Of a DNA stretch of 64,000 bases, positions 44,649-54,659 are shown piece by piece. Every line of letters begins with the position of its first letter. Within the stretch, counting starts at the first letter, position 1. Under the pieces are notes generated by a model that did not search any database, was not told the DNA's origin, and saw only the letters and a program-made list of their open reading frames with translations. The stretch comes from Candidatus Eiseniibacteriota bacterium (GTDB lineage: Bacteria; Eisenbacteria; RBG-16-71-46), in NCBI GenBank assembly GCA_963744995.1, contig CAVUWA010000003.1, forward strand, positions 1-64,000, read 5' to 3'. Both the position numbers and the translations under genes were made by a program.

Positions 44649-46881
44649 TTGCTCGAGACCTACACGCACTGGCTGCACACGCAGTGGCCGGCCGGCACGG
44701 TGGAGAAGCTGCCCGAGGTCCGCGCGGACGGCTCGACCGGCGTCCCCGGCGTCTACGTGGCGGGCGACCTCACCGGCGTTCCGCTGCTCAAGTTCGCGCT
44801 CGACACCGGAGCGCGGACCGTAGGGACGATCGCGGCCGATCTGGCCGGCGCCGCCCCTGTCGCCGGGGCGCACGACCTGGTGATCGTCGGCGGCGGCGTC
44901 GCCGGAATGGCGGCGGCGATCGAAGCGCAGCGCCACGGGCTGGACTTCGTCGTGCTGGAGGCCGCCGAGCCTTTCGCGACGCTCGTGAACTTCCCGCGCG
45001 GCAAGCCGATCTTCACCTATCCGCACGACATGACACCGGCCGGAACGCTCCAGGTTCATGCCGACGTCAAGGAAGCGCTGGTCGCGGAGCTGCGCGCGCA
45101 GACGGCACGTGCGGGCATCCGCATCACTCACGGGCGCGCCGAGCGCATCGAGCGCGCGGGCGCCGGGCTGCGCGTGCGCCTGGAGGACGGCGCCATCCTG
45201 CGGGCGCGGCGGGTGCTCGTCGCCATCGGCCGCAGCGGCGACTTCCGGCGCCTCGACGTGCCCGGGGAGGGTCTCGACAAGGTCTACAATCGCCTCCACG
45301 ATCCGGCCGACTTCCGCGGCCGGCGCTGCCTCGTCGCGGGCGGCGGCGACGCGGCTGCGGAGACCGCCATCGCGCTCGCTGAGGCCGGCGCACGCGTGAC
45401 CCTCGCCCACCGCGGCGCGGCGCTCGTGCGCCCCAAGCCGGCCCTGCTCGAACGCCTGCGCGGGCTCGCCGGCGGCGGGACGGGCCGTGCGGGAACGCTC
45501 GAGATCCTGCCGCAGCACACCGTGCGCGCCATCCGCGAGCACGAGGTCGATCTCGCCGGTCCGGACGGAGCGACGACGATCGCGAACGACGTCGTGTTCA
45601 CGATGATCGGTCGCGAGGCGCCGCTCGACTTCTTCCGCCGCTCGGGGCTCGCGATCGCCGGCGAGATGACGCGCCGCGCGCTGGAGCGCGCTCGCGCTGT
45701 TCGTCGCCTTCTGCGCGTGGCTCTACAACTGGAAATCGGGCGGGTGGATGTCCGACCTCTGGTACCGGCACCACTGGTTCCCGACCAACCTGCCGCAGCT
45801 CCTCGCCGGGATGGGCGCGAACGTCACCGCGGCCGCCGCCGACCCGCGGACGCTGCCCGGCACGCTGGCGATCAGCGCGAGCGGCCCCGCGTTCTGGTAC
45901 ACGCTCGCCTACTCGCTGATCGTGGTGATCTTCGGCGTGCGGCGCATCCGGCGGCGCAGGACCCCGTACGTCACCGCGCAGACCCTCACGCTGATGGCGA
46001 TTCAGGTGATTCCGCTGTTCCTGCTGCCCGAGGTGATCCTGCCGCTGCTCCACCACCACGGGCTGATCCCTGCGGCGCTCAACGACGCCCTGTTCCCCGC
46101 GGTGAACTACGGGCACGGGCGCGAGTTCTGGCGCGCCTACGGGCTGATCCTGGCGTGGCCGCTCGACGTCTACAACATCTTCACCCACGACCCGCTGTGG
46201 TGGTGGATCGCGATCGGCGCGCTGCAGACCCTGGTGCTGATCCCGCTCGGCATCTACTTCTTCGGCAAGGGCGTCTACTGCGGCTGGATCTGCTCGTGCG
46301 GCGCGCTGGCCGAGACGCTGGGCGACACGCACCGCGAGAAGATGCCGCACGGACCGCTCTGGAACCGGCTCAACATGGTCGGCCAGGGGATCCTCGCGAT
46401 CGCGGTGCTGCTGCTGGTGGTGCGGATCGCGGGCTGGGCGCTGCCCGAAGGCAACGCCGCCGCCGCCGTGTTCGACACGCTCAAGGACCGCTACAAGTGG
46501 ACCGTGGACGTGTTCCTGGCCGGCGTCGTCGGCTACGGGTTCTACTTCTGGTATTCGGGTCGCGTGTGGTGCCGGTTCATGTGCCCGCTCGCCGCGCTCA
46601 TGCACATCTACGCGCGCTTCAGCCGCTTCCGCATCCTCGCCGACAAGAAGAAATGCATCTCGTGCAACCAGTGCACGACGGTGTGCCATCAGGGCATCGA
46701 CGTCATGAACTTCGCCAACAGGGGCCTGCCGATGGCCGATCCCGAGTGCGTGCGCTGCTCGGCGTGCGTGCAGGCGTGTCCGACCGGCGTGCTCGCCTTC
46801 GGCCAGGTGGATCGCGGGGGCCGGGTGATCTCGGTGGACTCGCTGTTCGCCTCACCGGTCCGCATGCGCGAGGAGCGCTGA
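44649..46881 (+). CDS. FAD/NAD(P) oxidoreductase (TrxB/YpdA-like) fused to a membrane 4Fe-4S domain; frameshift near 45680
   Basis: IVGGGVAG and VAGGGDAA Rossmann motifs; then TM helices, YCGWICSCG, WCRFMCP, CISCNQCTTVC, CVRCSACVQACP. Confidence 0.75.
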
Positions 46882-46907
46882 GGGCGGCGGCGGTCGCGCG
46901 GCCGGTC

Positions 46908-46950
46908 AAACAACGAGCGGGCGGCGCTTCCGAGGGAATCGCCGCCCGCC
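46908..46950 (-). terminator. Intrinsic terminator of the csp gene
   Basis: GCGGGCGGCG/CGCCGCCCGC stem followed on the minus strand by GTTGTTT. Confidence 0.55.
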
Positions 46951-46969
46951 GTGGTTCCGGAGTCGCACT

Positions 46970-47182
46970 CTAGGCCGAGGCTTCCCCCCGCCGAACGTTC
47001 GCCGCCTGGAGCCCTTTGGGTCCCTGCGTGATCTCGAATTCGACGCGCTCGCCTTCGGACAACGTTTTGAATCCCTCTCCCTGGATCGCCGAGAAGTGCA
47101 CGAAAACGTCCTCACCACCCTCCTGGGAGATGAAGCCAAAACCCTTGGCATCGTTGAACCACTTCACCGTACCCTGAGCCAC
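46970..47182 (-). CDS. Cold-shock protein (CspA family)
   Basis: [37 protein letters not shown] start after GGAG. Confidence 0.95.
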   Translation of the reverse strand: MAQGTVKWFNDAKGFGFISQEGGEDVFVHFSAIQGEGFKTLSEGERVEFEITQGPKGLQAANVRRGEASA

Positions 47183-47425
47183 TTGCTGCTCCTTCGCTGC
47201 CGGGATGCGTGTCCCGTTGGTACTTCCGAGCGACCGGCGGGCCGCTGCGGGGGGATGACGTCGATACCGCCCGCGGCCCCAAATGAAGCAGCCGCAGGCA
47301 ACGTACCCGCGGCTGCGACACAAGAATTGTGTTGGTATCCGCATGGGTGCTGCATCGACGCGGTAATTCTCGCAGCCTCCCACGAAAGCGGTCAAGCACC
47401 GATTTGACGCGGCCCTCCGCGTTCG

Positions 47426-47935
47426 TCAGTTGAGGCCCAGCAGCTGGACCTCGAACACCAGGGTGCTGCCGGGCGGAATCACCGGCGGATACCCCCTGGC
47501 GCCGTAGGCCATGTCGGGCGGAATCGTGAGCTTACGCTTGCCGCCGACCCGCATGCCCTGCACGCCCTCGTCCCAGCCCTTGATCACCTGGCCCTGCCCC
47601 AGCGTGAAGCTGAACGGCTGGCCCCGATCGACCGAGCTGTCGAACTTCGTGCCGTCGGTGAGCCAGCCGGTGTAGTGCACCGTGGCCTTCATGCCCTTCT
47701 CGGCGACGGCGCCGTCGCCCACCACCAGATCCTGATAGACGAGTCCGTTCGGCAACTTGACCTCCTCCGCGGCCGGGGCCGCCGCGGCGGCGTCCGCCTG
47801 CTGGTCCATGGCCGCGGCCCCCGTGTCGGCGGCCGTTCCGCCGTTCCCGGCTGCAGGCATCTGGTTCTCAGCGGACTGCTGGCACCCCGCGGCGGCCAGC
47901 CACAGGACCGCCACGAGTGCGACGATTCTCGACAT
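47426..47935 (-). CDS. FKBP-type peptidyl-prolyl isomerase, lipoprotein
   Basis: AAGC lipobox, VHYTGWL...[20 protein letters not shown]. Confidence 0.93.
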   Translation of the reverse strand: MSRIVALVAVLWLAAAGCQQSAENQMPAAGNGGTAADTGAAAMDQQADAAAAAPAAEEVKLPNGLVYQDLVVGDGAVAEKGMKATVHYTGWLTDGTKFDSSVDRGQPFSFTLGQGQVIKGWDEGVQGMRVGGKRKLTIPPDMAYGARGYPPVIPPGSTLVFEVQLLGLN

Positions 47936-48101
47936 GTTCTCTCCTCTCGAAGGACGGTCATGGAACGTCCGGGTGCGCGCACGCTGCCACAATCACTGCG
48001 TCGCTTCAAGACCCGCGCGCATGCTACCATCGTCGGCCGGCGCGGCCCCCCGCCCTCCGTGCGCCGCGATCGTCAGTGGATCCCCGCCAGCCGAGAGGCG
48101 C

Positions 48102-50036
48102 ATGTCCAGACGCACGCCGCCATGTCTTCCACCGCCCCACCCGGGTGTCACGGCGGGCGCCCTGCTGCTCCTCGCCCTCGCCGGTGCGGCGGCGGCGCGC
48201 GCGGACGGGGCCGCGCACGTCCGCGCCGCGGCCATCGCGCGCGCGACCGGGTTCGAGAACGTGAGCGTGCGCGGCGCGGGCGACTCGCTGCGGATCGCCT
48301 TCGAAAACCGGCGTTACCGACACAGCGCCGAGGCGCTGGGGGTGCTCGCGGCCGCGACCGATCCCGGCGCCGCGTTCGTCGTGCGGCGCCTGGGCCTCGA
48401 GGACGCGGTCGTCACCCGCGGCCCGGCGTCCCGGCACGGATGGATCGAGCGACTGGCCGGCGCCGCGCAGGACACGGTGTTCCGCGTCCGCTACCCGAGC
48501 GACGACCCGTTCTGGCCCGCGTTCCATGCGGTCGGGGCCGCGCCCACCACGCGCACGGTCGATCTCGAACTGGGCCCGCGGCTGGCATACGAATTCGGCC
48601 GGGTGCTCCAGCCGTTCGTGTTCAGCCTCGATCTCGAGCCGCGCCTGCGGTACGTGCCCTGGAGCGGCGCGCGCGCCTCCGCCTCACTGCTCGTTCCGAT
48701 TCACAACGACTTCGAGCGCACCGAGCTCAACCCGGACGTCGGACGGGTGAGGCCCGGCACCATCGGGCTCGAACAGTTCTTCTGGATGCCGGGGCTCGCG
48801 CTCGGCAGCGCCCATGTCGGCTACTTCGGCGCGAACCGCTACGGCGGCTCGATCGGCTTCGCGCGGCCGCTCGGCGGCGGCCGCTGGCTGGTGGATACGC
48901 AGCTCGATGCGACCGGGTTCGTCTCCTTCACCCAGGGCGAGGTCCAGTACTCGGATCCGACCCTGCTGACCGGATTCACCTCGCTCACCTGGCACGCACC
49001 GGTGTACGAGCTGTCGCTGCGCGGCCGGGCGCAGTGGTTCCTGTTCGGCGATCGCGGTGTGGAGCTTCAGGTCAGGCGCGAAATCGGCGATCTCGGCGTC
49101 GCCTTCTACGTCCAGCGCATCGAGGGAGACCGCATCCAGGGCGTGCGCCTCGACATCCCGGTGCCGCCCATGGTGCGCAAGGGCGGTGGCCCCGTGCGGG
49201 TGCAGCCGGTGGAGCGTTTCCCGTTCACGTACGACGATCGCGGGCGGGCCATCGGCTCCGCACTCTCGGGAGTGGCTTCGCGCGAATCCTATCTCTCGCG
49301 CCTCGACGAACCGTCGCTCGATGCGGGGGCGGACCGGTACCGCCGTGCCGAGTCGGGCGGCACGACCGGATCCGCGGGCGGTCCCGCGGCATGGGTGTCG
49401 CTCTCCGGCATGAGCGGCTTCGCGACGACGCCCTGGGCCGGCACGATCGGCGACCGGCAGATGGAGGTCGGTTACAGCTACGTGCCCAAAGACTGGGCCT
49501 TCGACCACCGCGGCGAGCATCCCAACGCCTACTACTACGGCACGATCGGCTTTCTGCCGTCGGTCGAGGTCCAACTGCGCTGGACGCAGATCGTCGGCCT
49601 GCGTGACTTCGAGGCCATCGTGCCCGACTCGCGGCTCGCCGATCTGGACCGCACGGCCAGCGCCAGGCTGGCCCTGCGGGAGCCCGCCGACGGGCGTCCC
49701 GGGCTGGCGGTCGGGATCGATGACCTGGTCGGAACCCGGCGCTTCCACTCCACCTACGCCGTCGCGGGCCTTCCGGGCCGAATTTTAGGCGTGCATGGCC
49801 GCGCCGCAATCGGTTATGCTCCTACCGCTTTCGCAGCTCCCCGCCATGTGCTCGACGGCGTTTTCGGCGCCTTCGAGGTACAGCCATGGCGAGCCCTGAG
49901 GCTTCAGGTCGAGCACGATTCCGAGAAGTGGAACGCAGGCATTGGAATCGAGCCCGGTTTCGGTTTCCGTCTCAGGGTGGTCGCGCTCGATCTGGAGAGC
50001 TTGAGCGCTGGAGCGGGCTGGTCCTGGCCGCTCTGA
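48102..50036 (+). CDS. YjbH-like outer-membrane beta-barrel protein
   Basis: Signal peptide, FENRRYR, SGMSG..TTPWA, alternating beta-strand pattern, aromatic C-terminus. Confidence 0.6.
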   Translation: MSRRTPPCLPPPHPGVTAGALLLLALAGAAAARADGAAHVRAAAIARATGFENVSVRGAGDSLRIAFENRRYRHSAEALGVLAAATDPGAAFVVRRLGLEDAVVTRGPASRHGWIERLAGAAQDTVFRVRYPSDDPFWPAFHAVGAAPTTRTVDLELGPRLAYEFGRVLQPFVFSLDLEPRLRYVPWSGARASASLLVPIHNDFERTELNPDVGRVRPGTIGLEQFFWMPGLALGSAHVGYFGANRYGGSIGFARPLGGGRWLVDTQLDATGFVSFTQGEVQYSDPTLLTGFTSLTWHAPVYELSLRGRAQWFLFGDRGVELQVRREIGDLGVAFYVQRIEGDRIQGVRLDIPVPPMVRKGGGPVRVQPVERFPFTYDDRGRAIGSALSGVASRESYLSRLDEPSLDAGADRYRRAESGGTTGSAGGPAAWVSLSGMSGFATTPWAGTIGDRQMEVGYSYVPKDWAFDHRGEHPNAYYYGTIGFLPSVEVQLRWTQIVGLRDFEAIVPDSRLADLDRTASARLALREPADGRPGLAVGIDDLVGTRRFHSTYAVAGLPGRILGVHGRAAIGYAPTAFAAPRHVLDGVFGAFEVQPWRALRLQVEHDSEKWNAGIGIEPGFGFRLRVVALDLESLSAGAGWSWPL

Positions 50037-50143
50037 TCTGGAGCAAAGCAAGCTGAGGAGCTCCCAGGACGGGATGCTCGACCGGCCCAGGGAAGGCGAG
50101 CATCAGCGCGACGCTCACGCGTCGTGAGCACGGAGACCGCCTC

Positions 50144-50515
50144 ATGCGCCTTGCCCACCGCCTTCCGCGACTGCGTCGCGGTCTGTCGCTTCTCGCCTTG
50201 TTCGCCCTGCTCGGCTTCGTGGCCGTCGGCCTCAGCCAGTGCAAGGCGGTTCAGGACAACCTCACCGGCGTGAGTGCCGGCCTGGCCAAGGCCGGGCCCG
50301 GCGGCTGCATTTCGAAATGCGCCAGGGACTACGCCGACTCGAATCGCGTCGAGATCGAACTGCACGTCGCGAACGTGCAGGGCTGCGACGGAGACCCGGT
50401 CTGCGAGGCGCTCGAGGAAGCACGCCACGAAGCCGCCGTCGATCGCATCGTCGCCGGCCGCGAGAACTGCTTCAACGAGTGCCGCTACCAGAGCGGCGGG
50501 ACCGGAGGTCAGTAG
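50144..50515 (+). CDS. Small secreted Cys-rich hypothetical protein
   Basis: Hydrophobic signal, seven Cys, GGAG upstream, terminator downstream. Confidence 0.65.
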   Translation: MRLAHRLPRLRRGLSLLALFALLGFVAVGLSQCKAVQDNLTGVSAGLAKAGPGGCISKCARDYADSNRVEIELHVANVQGCDGDPVCEALEEARHEAAVDRIVAGRENCFNECRYQSGGTGGQ

Positions 50516-50550
50516 TCGAAGTCAGGTTCCCCCCCGCATCTCCGTGCACG

Positions 50551-50588
50551 CGCGGGCGCCTCTTTCGAGGGGCGCCCGCGTCGTTTCC
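50551..50588 (+). terminator. Hairpin with UUCG loop, probable terminator
   Basis: CGCGGGCGCC...TTCG...GGCGCCCGCG followed by TCGTTT. Confidence 0.6.
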
Positions 50589-50724
50589 TGGACCCTGAGC
50601 CGGGGCTCAAGCCTGCCCGCCCCGCTGCCGAAAACCCCACGAGGAAACGGAGGCCCGATGCCCGGGCATTGCGAGCCGTCGCCGCAGTGCGGGTGCGGAT
50701 TCCGGTACCGAAGGGAGGCCCCCG

Positions 50725-51180
50725 GTGGGCGACGTCAACAAGGTCGTGGTGCACTACACCAGCGGCCGGCTCCTCAAAGGAACGACGCAGGACTTCTTCC
50801 CCAATCGGCCGCTGTTCCACATGCAGCCGGTGGAGGGGACTCCTGCCGAGGAGGTCCGGATCAAGGACCTCAAGGCGATCTTCTTCGTCAAGAACTTCGA
50901 AGGCAACGGCACACGCAGGGATCTGCGCGGATTCGTGGCGGCGCCACCCGAGACCTCGCAGGGCAAGAAGATCGCGGTGCAGTTCAAGGACGGTGAGCTG
51001 CTGTGCGGCTATTCGCTCTCCTATTCCCCCGAGCGGCCCGGATTCTTCATGTTCCCGGCCGATCCCGGCAGCAACAACATGCGCGTGTTCGTGGTGAAGG
51101 TCGCGACGCAGGACGTCAAGGCGGGACCCGCGGCCGACGTGCTCGCGCAGAAGGTGATCGACCGCTCGAAGGCGGCGTAG
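50725..51180 (+). CDS. Conserved hypothetical protein with a duplicated small beta domain (DUF6982-like)
   Basis: KVVVHY..G..LKG..QDF and KIAVQFKDGE repeats, LKAIFFVK, SNNMRVFV; GGGAGG RBS. Confidence 0.7.
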   Translation: MGDVNKVVVHYTSGRLLKGTTQDFFPNRPLFHMQPVEGTPAEEVRIKDLKAIFFVKNFEGNGTRRDLRGFVAAPPETSQGKKIAVQFKDGELLCGYSLSYSPERPGFFMFPADPGSNNMRVFVVKVATQDVKAGPAADVLAQKVIDRSKAA

Positions 51181-51200
51181 GCGATCCGCGTGCATCGAGC

Positions 51201-51230
51201 GAAGCCCGGCGCCACGCGCCGGGCTTCTTC
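51201..51230 (+). terminator. Probable intrinsic terminator
   Basis: Perfect 12-bp stem GAAGCCCGGCGC/GCGCCGGGCTTC with a 3-nt loop. Confidence 0.55.
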
Positions 51231-51355
51231 GCTGCCGGTTGCGGCAGCGGCGCGTGCGGCTTCGCCCGGTTGCGGCACGCCCGCTTCTCGGCTAACGTCG
51301 GTGGCCGCTTCGTCGTTGCGGGGTTGGGCCCGCTCCACCGTCACCCGAGGATGCC

Positions 51356-51457
51356 ATGACCGCCTACAAGATCCGGCTGAACCGCAAGCGCGCCAAGCAG
51401 GCCGCGAAGAAGAAGAAGGAAAAGGCGCGCGCCGCGAAGAAGAAGGGCCGCCGCTAG
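51356..51457 (+). CDS. 33-aa highly basic microprotein MTAYKIRLNRKRAKQAAKKKKEKARAAKKKGRR
   Basis: GAGG upstream of ATG, almost all codons end in G/C, TAG stop; below the ORF-track size cutoff. Confidence 0.65.
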   Translation: MTAYKIRLNRKRAKQAAKKKKEKARAAKKKGRR

Positions 51458-51519
51458 GAGTCCGCCGGCGGCACGGTCCGCGTGCTCCCGCCGCAGGGCC
51501 CGGCTCAGCTCGGCTCGGC

Positions 51520-52248
51520 TCAGCTCAGATCGAGCGAGCGCAGATCGAGCGGCCCGAACAGCCCGCCACCGGGTCCCCCGAACCACTCGGCGCCCCGCCG
51601 CAGCGCCTCGGAGGGAACGTCCACGATCGGCAGCGAAAGGTCGTCGACGGCGGCCACGCGATGCGTGGTCGGCAGCGAGTATCGCTCGCTCGCGAGATAG
51701 TCTTCGAACTCGTCGAGGGTCCAGGCGAACAGCGCATCCACCTCCCACACCAGCCGCACCTCGCGCCCGCGCACGAGATCCGGCGGGTCGTCGGGCCCCG
51801 CCGCGCGCAGGCGTCCCACCGCGCAGCAGTCACAGCCGAACCAGAACTCGGGCGTTCCCTCGAGGACGAGGTGCTCGGAGATTCGTGCCTCCGCCGGCGC
51901 GTCGCGCCAGACGTTGGCGAGCAATTCGCTGATCGCGAACAGGTAGCGCAACAGCGCACGCGGATCGTCGTTCGCGACGCCGTGCAGCCCCGTGGACAGC
52001 ACGCGGATGTTGCGGATCGCTTCGAGCCGCACCCACGGCGAGCGCCGGTTGCAGAGCGCCGTGAGGTTGATGAGCATTCCGTCGAAGCGCTCGCGCACCA
52101 GGGCGAGCAGATCGCCGAAGCTGCCGTCGCCCTTCTCGAGGAACTCCACGGTCCGGCGCATGGCCTGATTCAGGGGCAGGTACGCCGCACGCAGCGTGGA
52201 CCAGTCTTCGGTCAACCTCTGCTTGGCGATGACGTCCCAATCCGCCAT
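51520..52248 (-). CDS. Hypothetical protein
   Basis: GGGAGGG RBS before MADWDVIAK; coding-like composition; CDCC motif. Confidence 0.6.
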   Translation of the reverse strand: MADWDVIAKQRLTEDWSTLRAAYLPLNQAMRRTVEFLEKGDGSFGDLLALVRERFDGMLINLTALCNRRSPWVRLEAIRNIRVLSTGLHGVANDDPRALLRYLFAISELLANVWRDAPAEARISEHLVLEGTPEFWFGCDCCAVGRLRAAGPDDPPDLVRGREVRLVWEVDALFAWTLDEFEDYLASERYSLPTTHRVAAVDDLSLPIVDVPSEALRRGAEWFGGPGGGLFGPLDLRSLDLS

Positions 52249-52330
52249 GAACGATCCCTCCCGGCCCGGTGTGTCCGTGCGGCGCGCGTGGGCGGAGTAT
52301 AGCGGAGCGCCGATCCGAGGGTCCAACCCG

Positions 52331-53410
52331 TCATGGCAGGGCGGGCCGTTCGACCGCGACGCGGGCCCCGGCCGCACTCGATGCGCGCGCCGCGTCGAGG
52401 GCACACTGGACGAGGACGGCGTCATCGAAGTTCGGTGCCATCTCCCCATCGCCGCACATCGCCCGGTACAGATGCTCGATCAGCACCCCGAACGGCGCCA
52501 CCAGCATCGGATCGCCTTCGTGCCGCTCGAGCGCGAGGTCCGCCGGGATCTCGACCGGTTCCGGGGCCGCGCCCGGCGCCAGCCGCCACAGCGCCCCGCC
52601 ACCGTCATCCCAGCGCAGCGTCGCTTCTTCGCCGTGGATCTCGTAGCGCTCCCAGCGGTACGGCGCCGTTGCGTTCAGGTCGATCAGTGCGCTCGCGCCA
52701 CCGTCGAACTCGTAGTGCACGGTCACCGCGTCGTCGGCGGTCGCGAGCGCCGACGTCGGGTCGCTGGCGGTCGGCCCGCGCCGGGGCTGGTCGGTGCGGA
52801 CGCTGGCGAGTACGGTGCGCGGTTCACCGAAGAACAGCCGCAGACAATCGGTGTGATGAGAGCCGAGCGCACCGAGGATGCCGCCCCCGCGACCGTGATC
52901 GGAGAGCCAGCTCATGCCGCGCGCAGCGGGCGAATGCCAGATCGGGTAGCGGCCGAGAATCTCACCGCGGCGGGGACGGCCGATCGCTCCGGCACGCACC
53001 ATGCGCAGGGCGAGCCGTCGCGCCGGCAGGTAGCGGAATTCGTGGTTCATCCCCGCGACCCGCGCGCGCGCCCGCGCCCGGTCGCGCATCTCGATCGTCT
53101 GGAAGCGGTGCAGCGCCGAGGGTTTCTCGCACAGCACGTGGCACCCCGCATCCAGCGCCCGCATCATCATCGGGTGATGCAGATCCGGCGGCGTGACGAT
53201 GCAGGCGAGATCGGGCGGCGCCTCGTCGAACAGGCGTCGCCAGTCGTCCACCGGCCGCGGGATGTCGAGCTCTCCGGCAATGCGTCGCGTCTTCTCCGCA
53301 TCCCGTCCCGCGATCGCGGTCAGCTCGAAGCCGGGATGGCGCGAAAAGCCCACCGCCTGAACCGTGCGGCCGAAGCCGGTGCCGATGATCGCCACTCGAA
53401 ACCGCTGCAT
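52331..53410 (-). CDS. Gfo/Idh/MocA-family oxidoreductase
   Basis: VAIIGTGFG, TPPDLH, HVLCEKP, GGGILGALGSH. Confidence 0.9.
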   Translation of the reverse strand: MQRFRVAIIGTGFGRTVQAVGFSRHPGFELTAIAGRDAEKTRRIAGELDIPRPVDDWRRLFDEAPPDLACIVTPPDLHHPMMMRALDAGCHVLCEKPSALHRFQTIEMRDRARARARVAGMNHEFRYLPARRLALRMVRAGAIGRPRRGEILGRYPIWHSPAARGMSWLSDHGRGGGILGALGSHHTDCLRLFFGEPRTVLASVRTDQPRRGPTASDPTSALATADDAVTVHYEFDGGASALIDLNATAPYRWERYEIHGEEATLRWDDGGGALWRLAPGAAPEPVEIPADLALERHEGDPMLVAPFGVLIEHLYRAMCGDGEMAPNFDDAVLVQCALDAARASSAAGARVAVERPALP

Positions 53411-53534
53411 GCCTTCCTCCCATTCGTGATCCCCGGGCACGGGGCGGAGCGCATCGTGCCGGGAGGCGGGTGCGACGTCAACGCGCTGTGCTAACCTCGC
53501 GCGTCGCCGTCCATCCACGACCTCCGGAGGCTTC

Positions 53535-54653
53535 ATGCACGACCCGCGCAGGGAACAGCTCGCCCGGGTGATCGTCGAACACTCGACGCGCCTCGAACCG
53601 GGTGAAACGATTCTGATCGAGGCGTTCGATCTCCGATCGGACCTCGTCATCGAGATCGTCGAAGCCGCGCAGCGGGTCGGCGGTCTGCCGGTCGTGTACC
53701 TGCGCGATCAACGGCTGATCCGCCAGCTGGTCGAGAAGGGAACCGAGGCCCAGTTCGCCATACAGGCCGACATCGAGCTCTACCAGATGAAGAAGGCGCA
53801 GGCCTACGTCGGCATCCGCGGCGCGGACAACGCCTCGGAACTCTCGGGCGTCGATCCCGGCCGGATGCGGCTCTACACGCAGACGGTGTCGAGCCCGGTG
53901 CACATGGATCAGCGGGTGAATCACACGCGCTGGGTCGTGCTGCGCTACCCGACGTCGTCGATGGCGCAGCTGGCGCAGATGGGAACCCGCGAGTTCGAAG
54001 ACTTCTTCTACCGGGTGTGCACGCTCGACTACGCGCGCATGGAGGCGGCGAGCGTGCCGCTGGTCGAGCGCATGCGCAACACCGACACGGTCCGGCTGAA
54101 GGGGCCGGGGACGGACCTCACCTTCAGCATCAAGGACGTCGGCGTCGTGCCCTGCTACGGGCTCCGCAACCTGCCGGACGGCGAGTGCTTCACCGCACCC
54201 GTGCGCGATTCGGTGAACGGAACGATCGCCTTCAACACACCCTCGCTCTACATGGGCACGTCGTTCCGCGACATCCGCTTCACGTTCGAGGGCGGACGCA
54301 TCGTCAGGGCCGAGGGCGAGCCCGCCCGGAACCTGGAGCATCTGCTCGATACCGACGAGGGTGCGCGCTACGTGGGCGAGTTCTCGCTCGGTTTCAACCC
54401 GTACATCGAGCAGCCGATGAAGGACACCCTGTTCGACGAGAAGATTGCCGGCTCGCTGCACTTCACCCCGGGACAGGCCTACCAGGAAGCCGACAACGGC
54501 AACCGCTCACGTGTTCACTGGGATCTGGTGCTGATCCAGCGACCCGATTTCGGCGGCGGCGAGATCTGGTTCGACGGTGAATGTGTCCGCCGCGACGGGC
54601 GCTTCATCGTCCCCGACCTCGAAGGTCTGAACCCGGAGCGGCTCACCGGCTGA
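53535..54653 (+). CDS. Aminopeptidase, M29 (AmpS/AmpT) family
   Basis: MHDPR, NLPDGECFT, GARYVGE, LFDEKIAGSLH, NRSRVHWD. Confidence 0.92.
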   Translation: MHDPRREQLARVIVEHSTRLEPGETILIEAFDLRSDLVIEIVEAAQRVGGLPVVYLRDQRLIRQLVEKGTEAQFAIQADIELYQMKKAQAYVGIRGADNASELSGVDPGRMRLYTQTVSSPVHMDQRVNHTRWVVLRYPTSSMAQLAQMGTREFEDFFYRVCTLDYARMEAASVPLVERMRNTDTVRLKGPGTDLTFSIKDVGVVPCYGLRNLPDGECFTAPVRDSVNGTIAFNTPSLYMGTSFRDIRFTFEGGRIVRAEGEPARNLEHLLDTDEGARYVGEFSLGFNPYIEQPMKDTLFDEKIAGSLHFTPGQAYQEADNGNRSRVHWDLVLIQRPDFGGGEIWFDGECVRRDGRFIVPDLEGLNPERLTG

Positions 54654-54659
54654 AGCGGC

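Noticed and set aside
51500..51552. Short GCTCA/GCTCG and CAGATCGAGC repeats
   Set aside because: Low-complexity sequence at a gene end with no spacer structure; not a CRISPR array.
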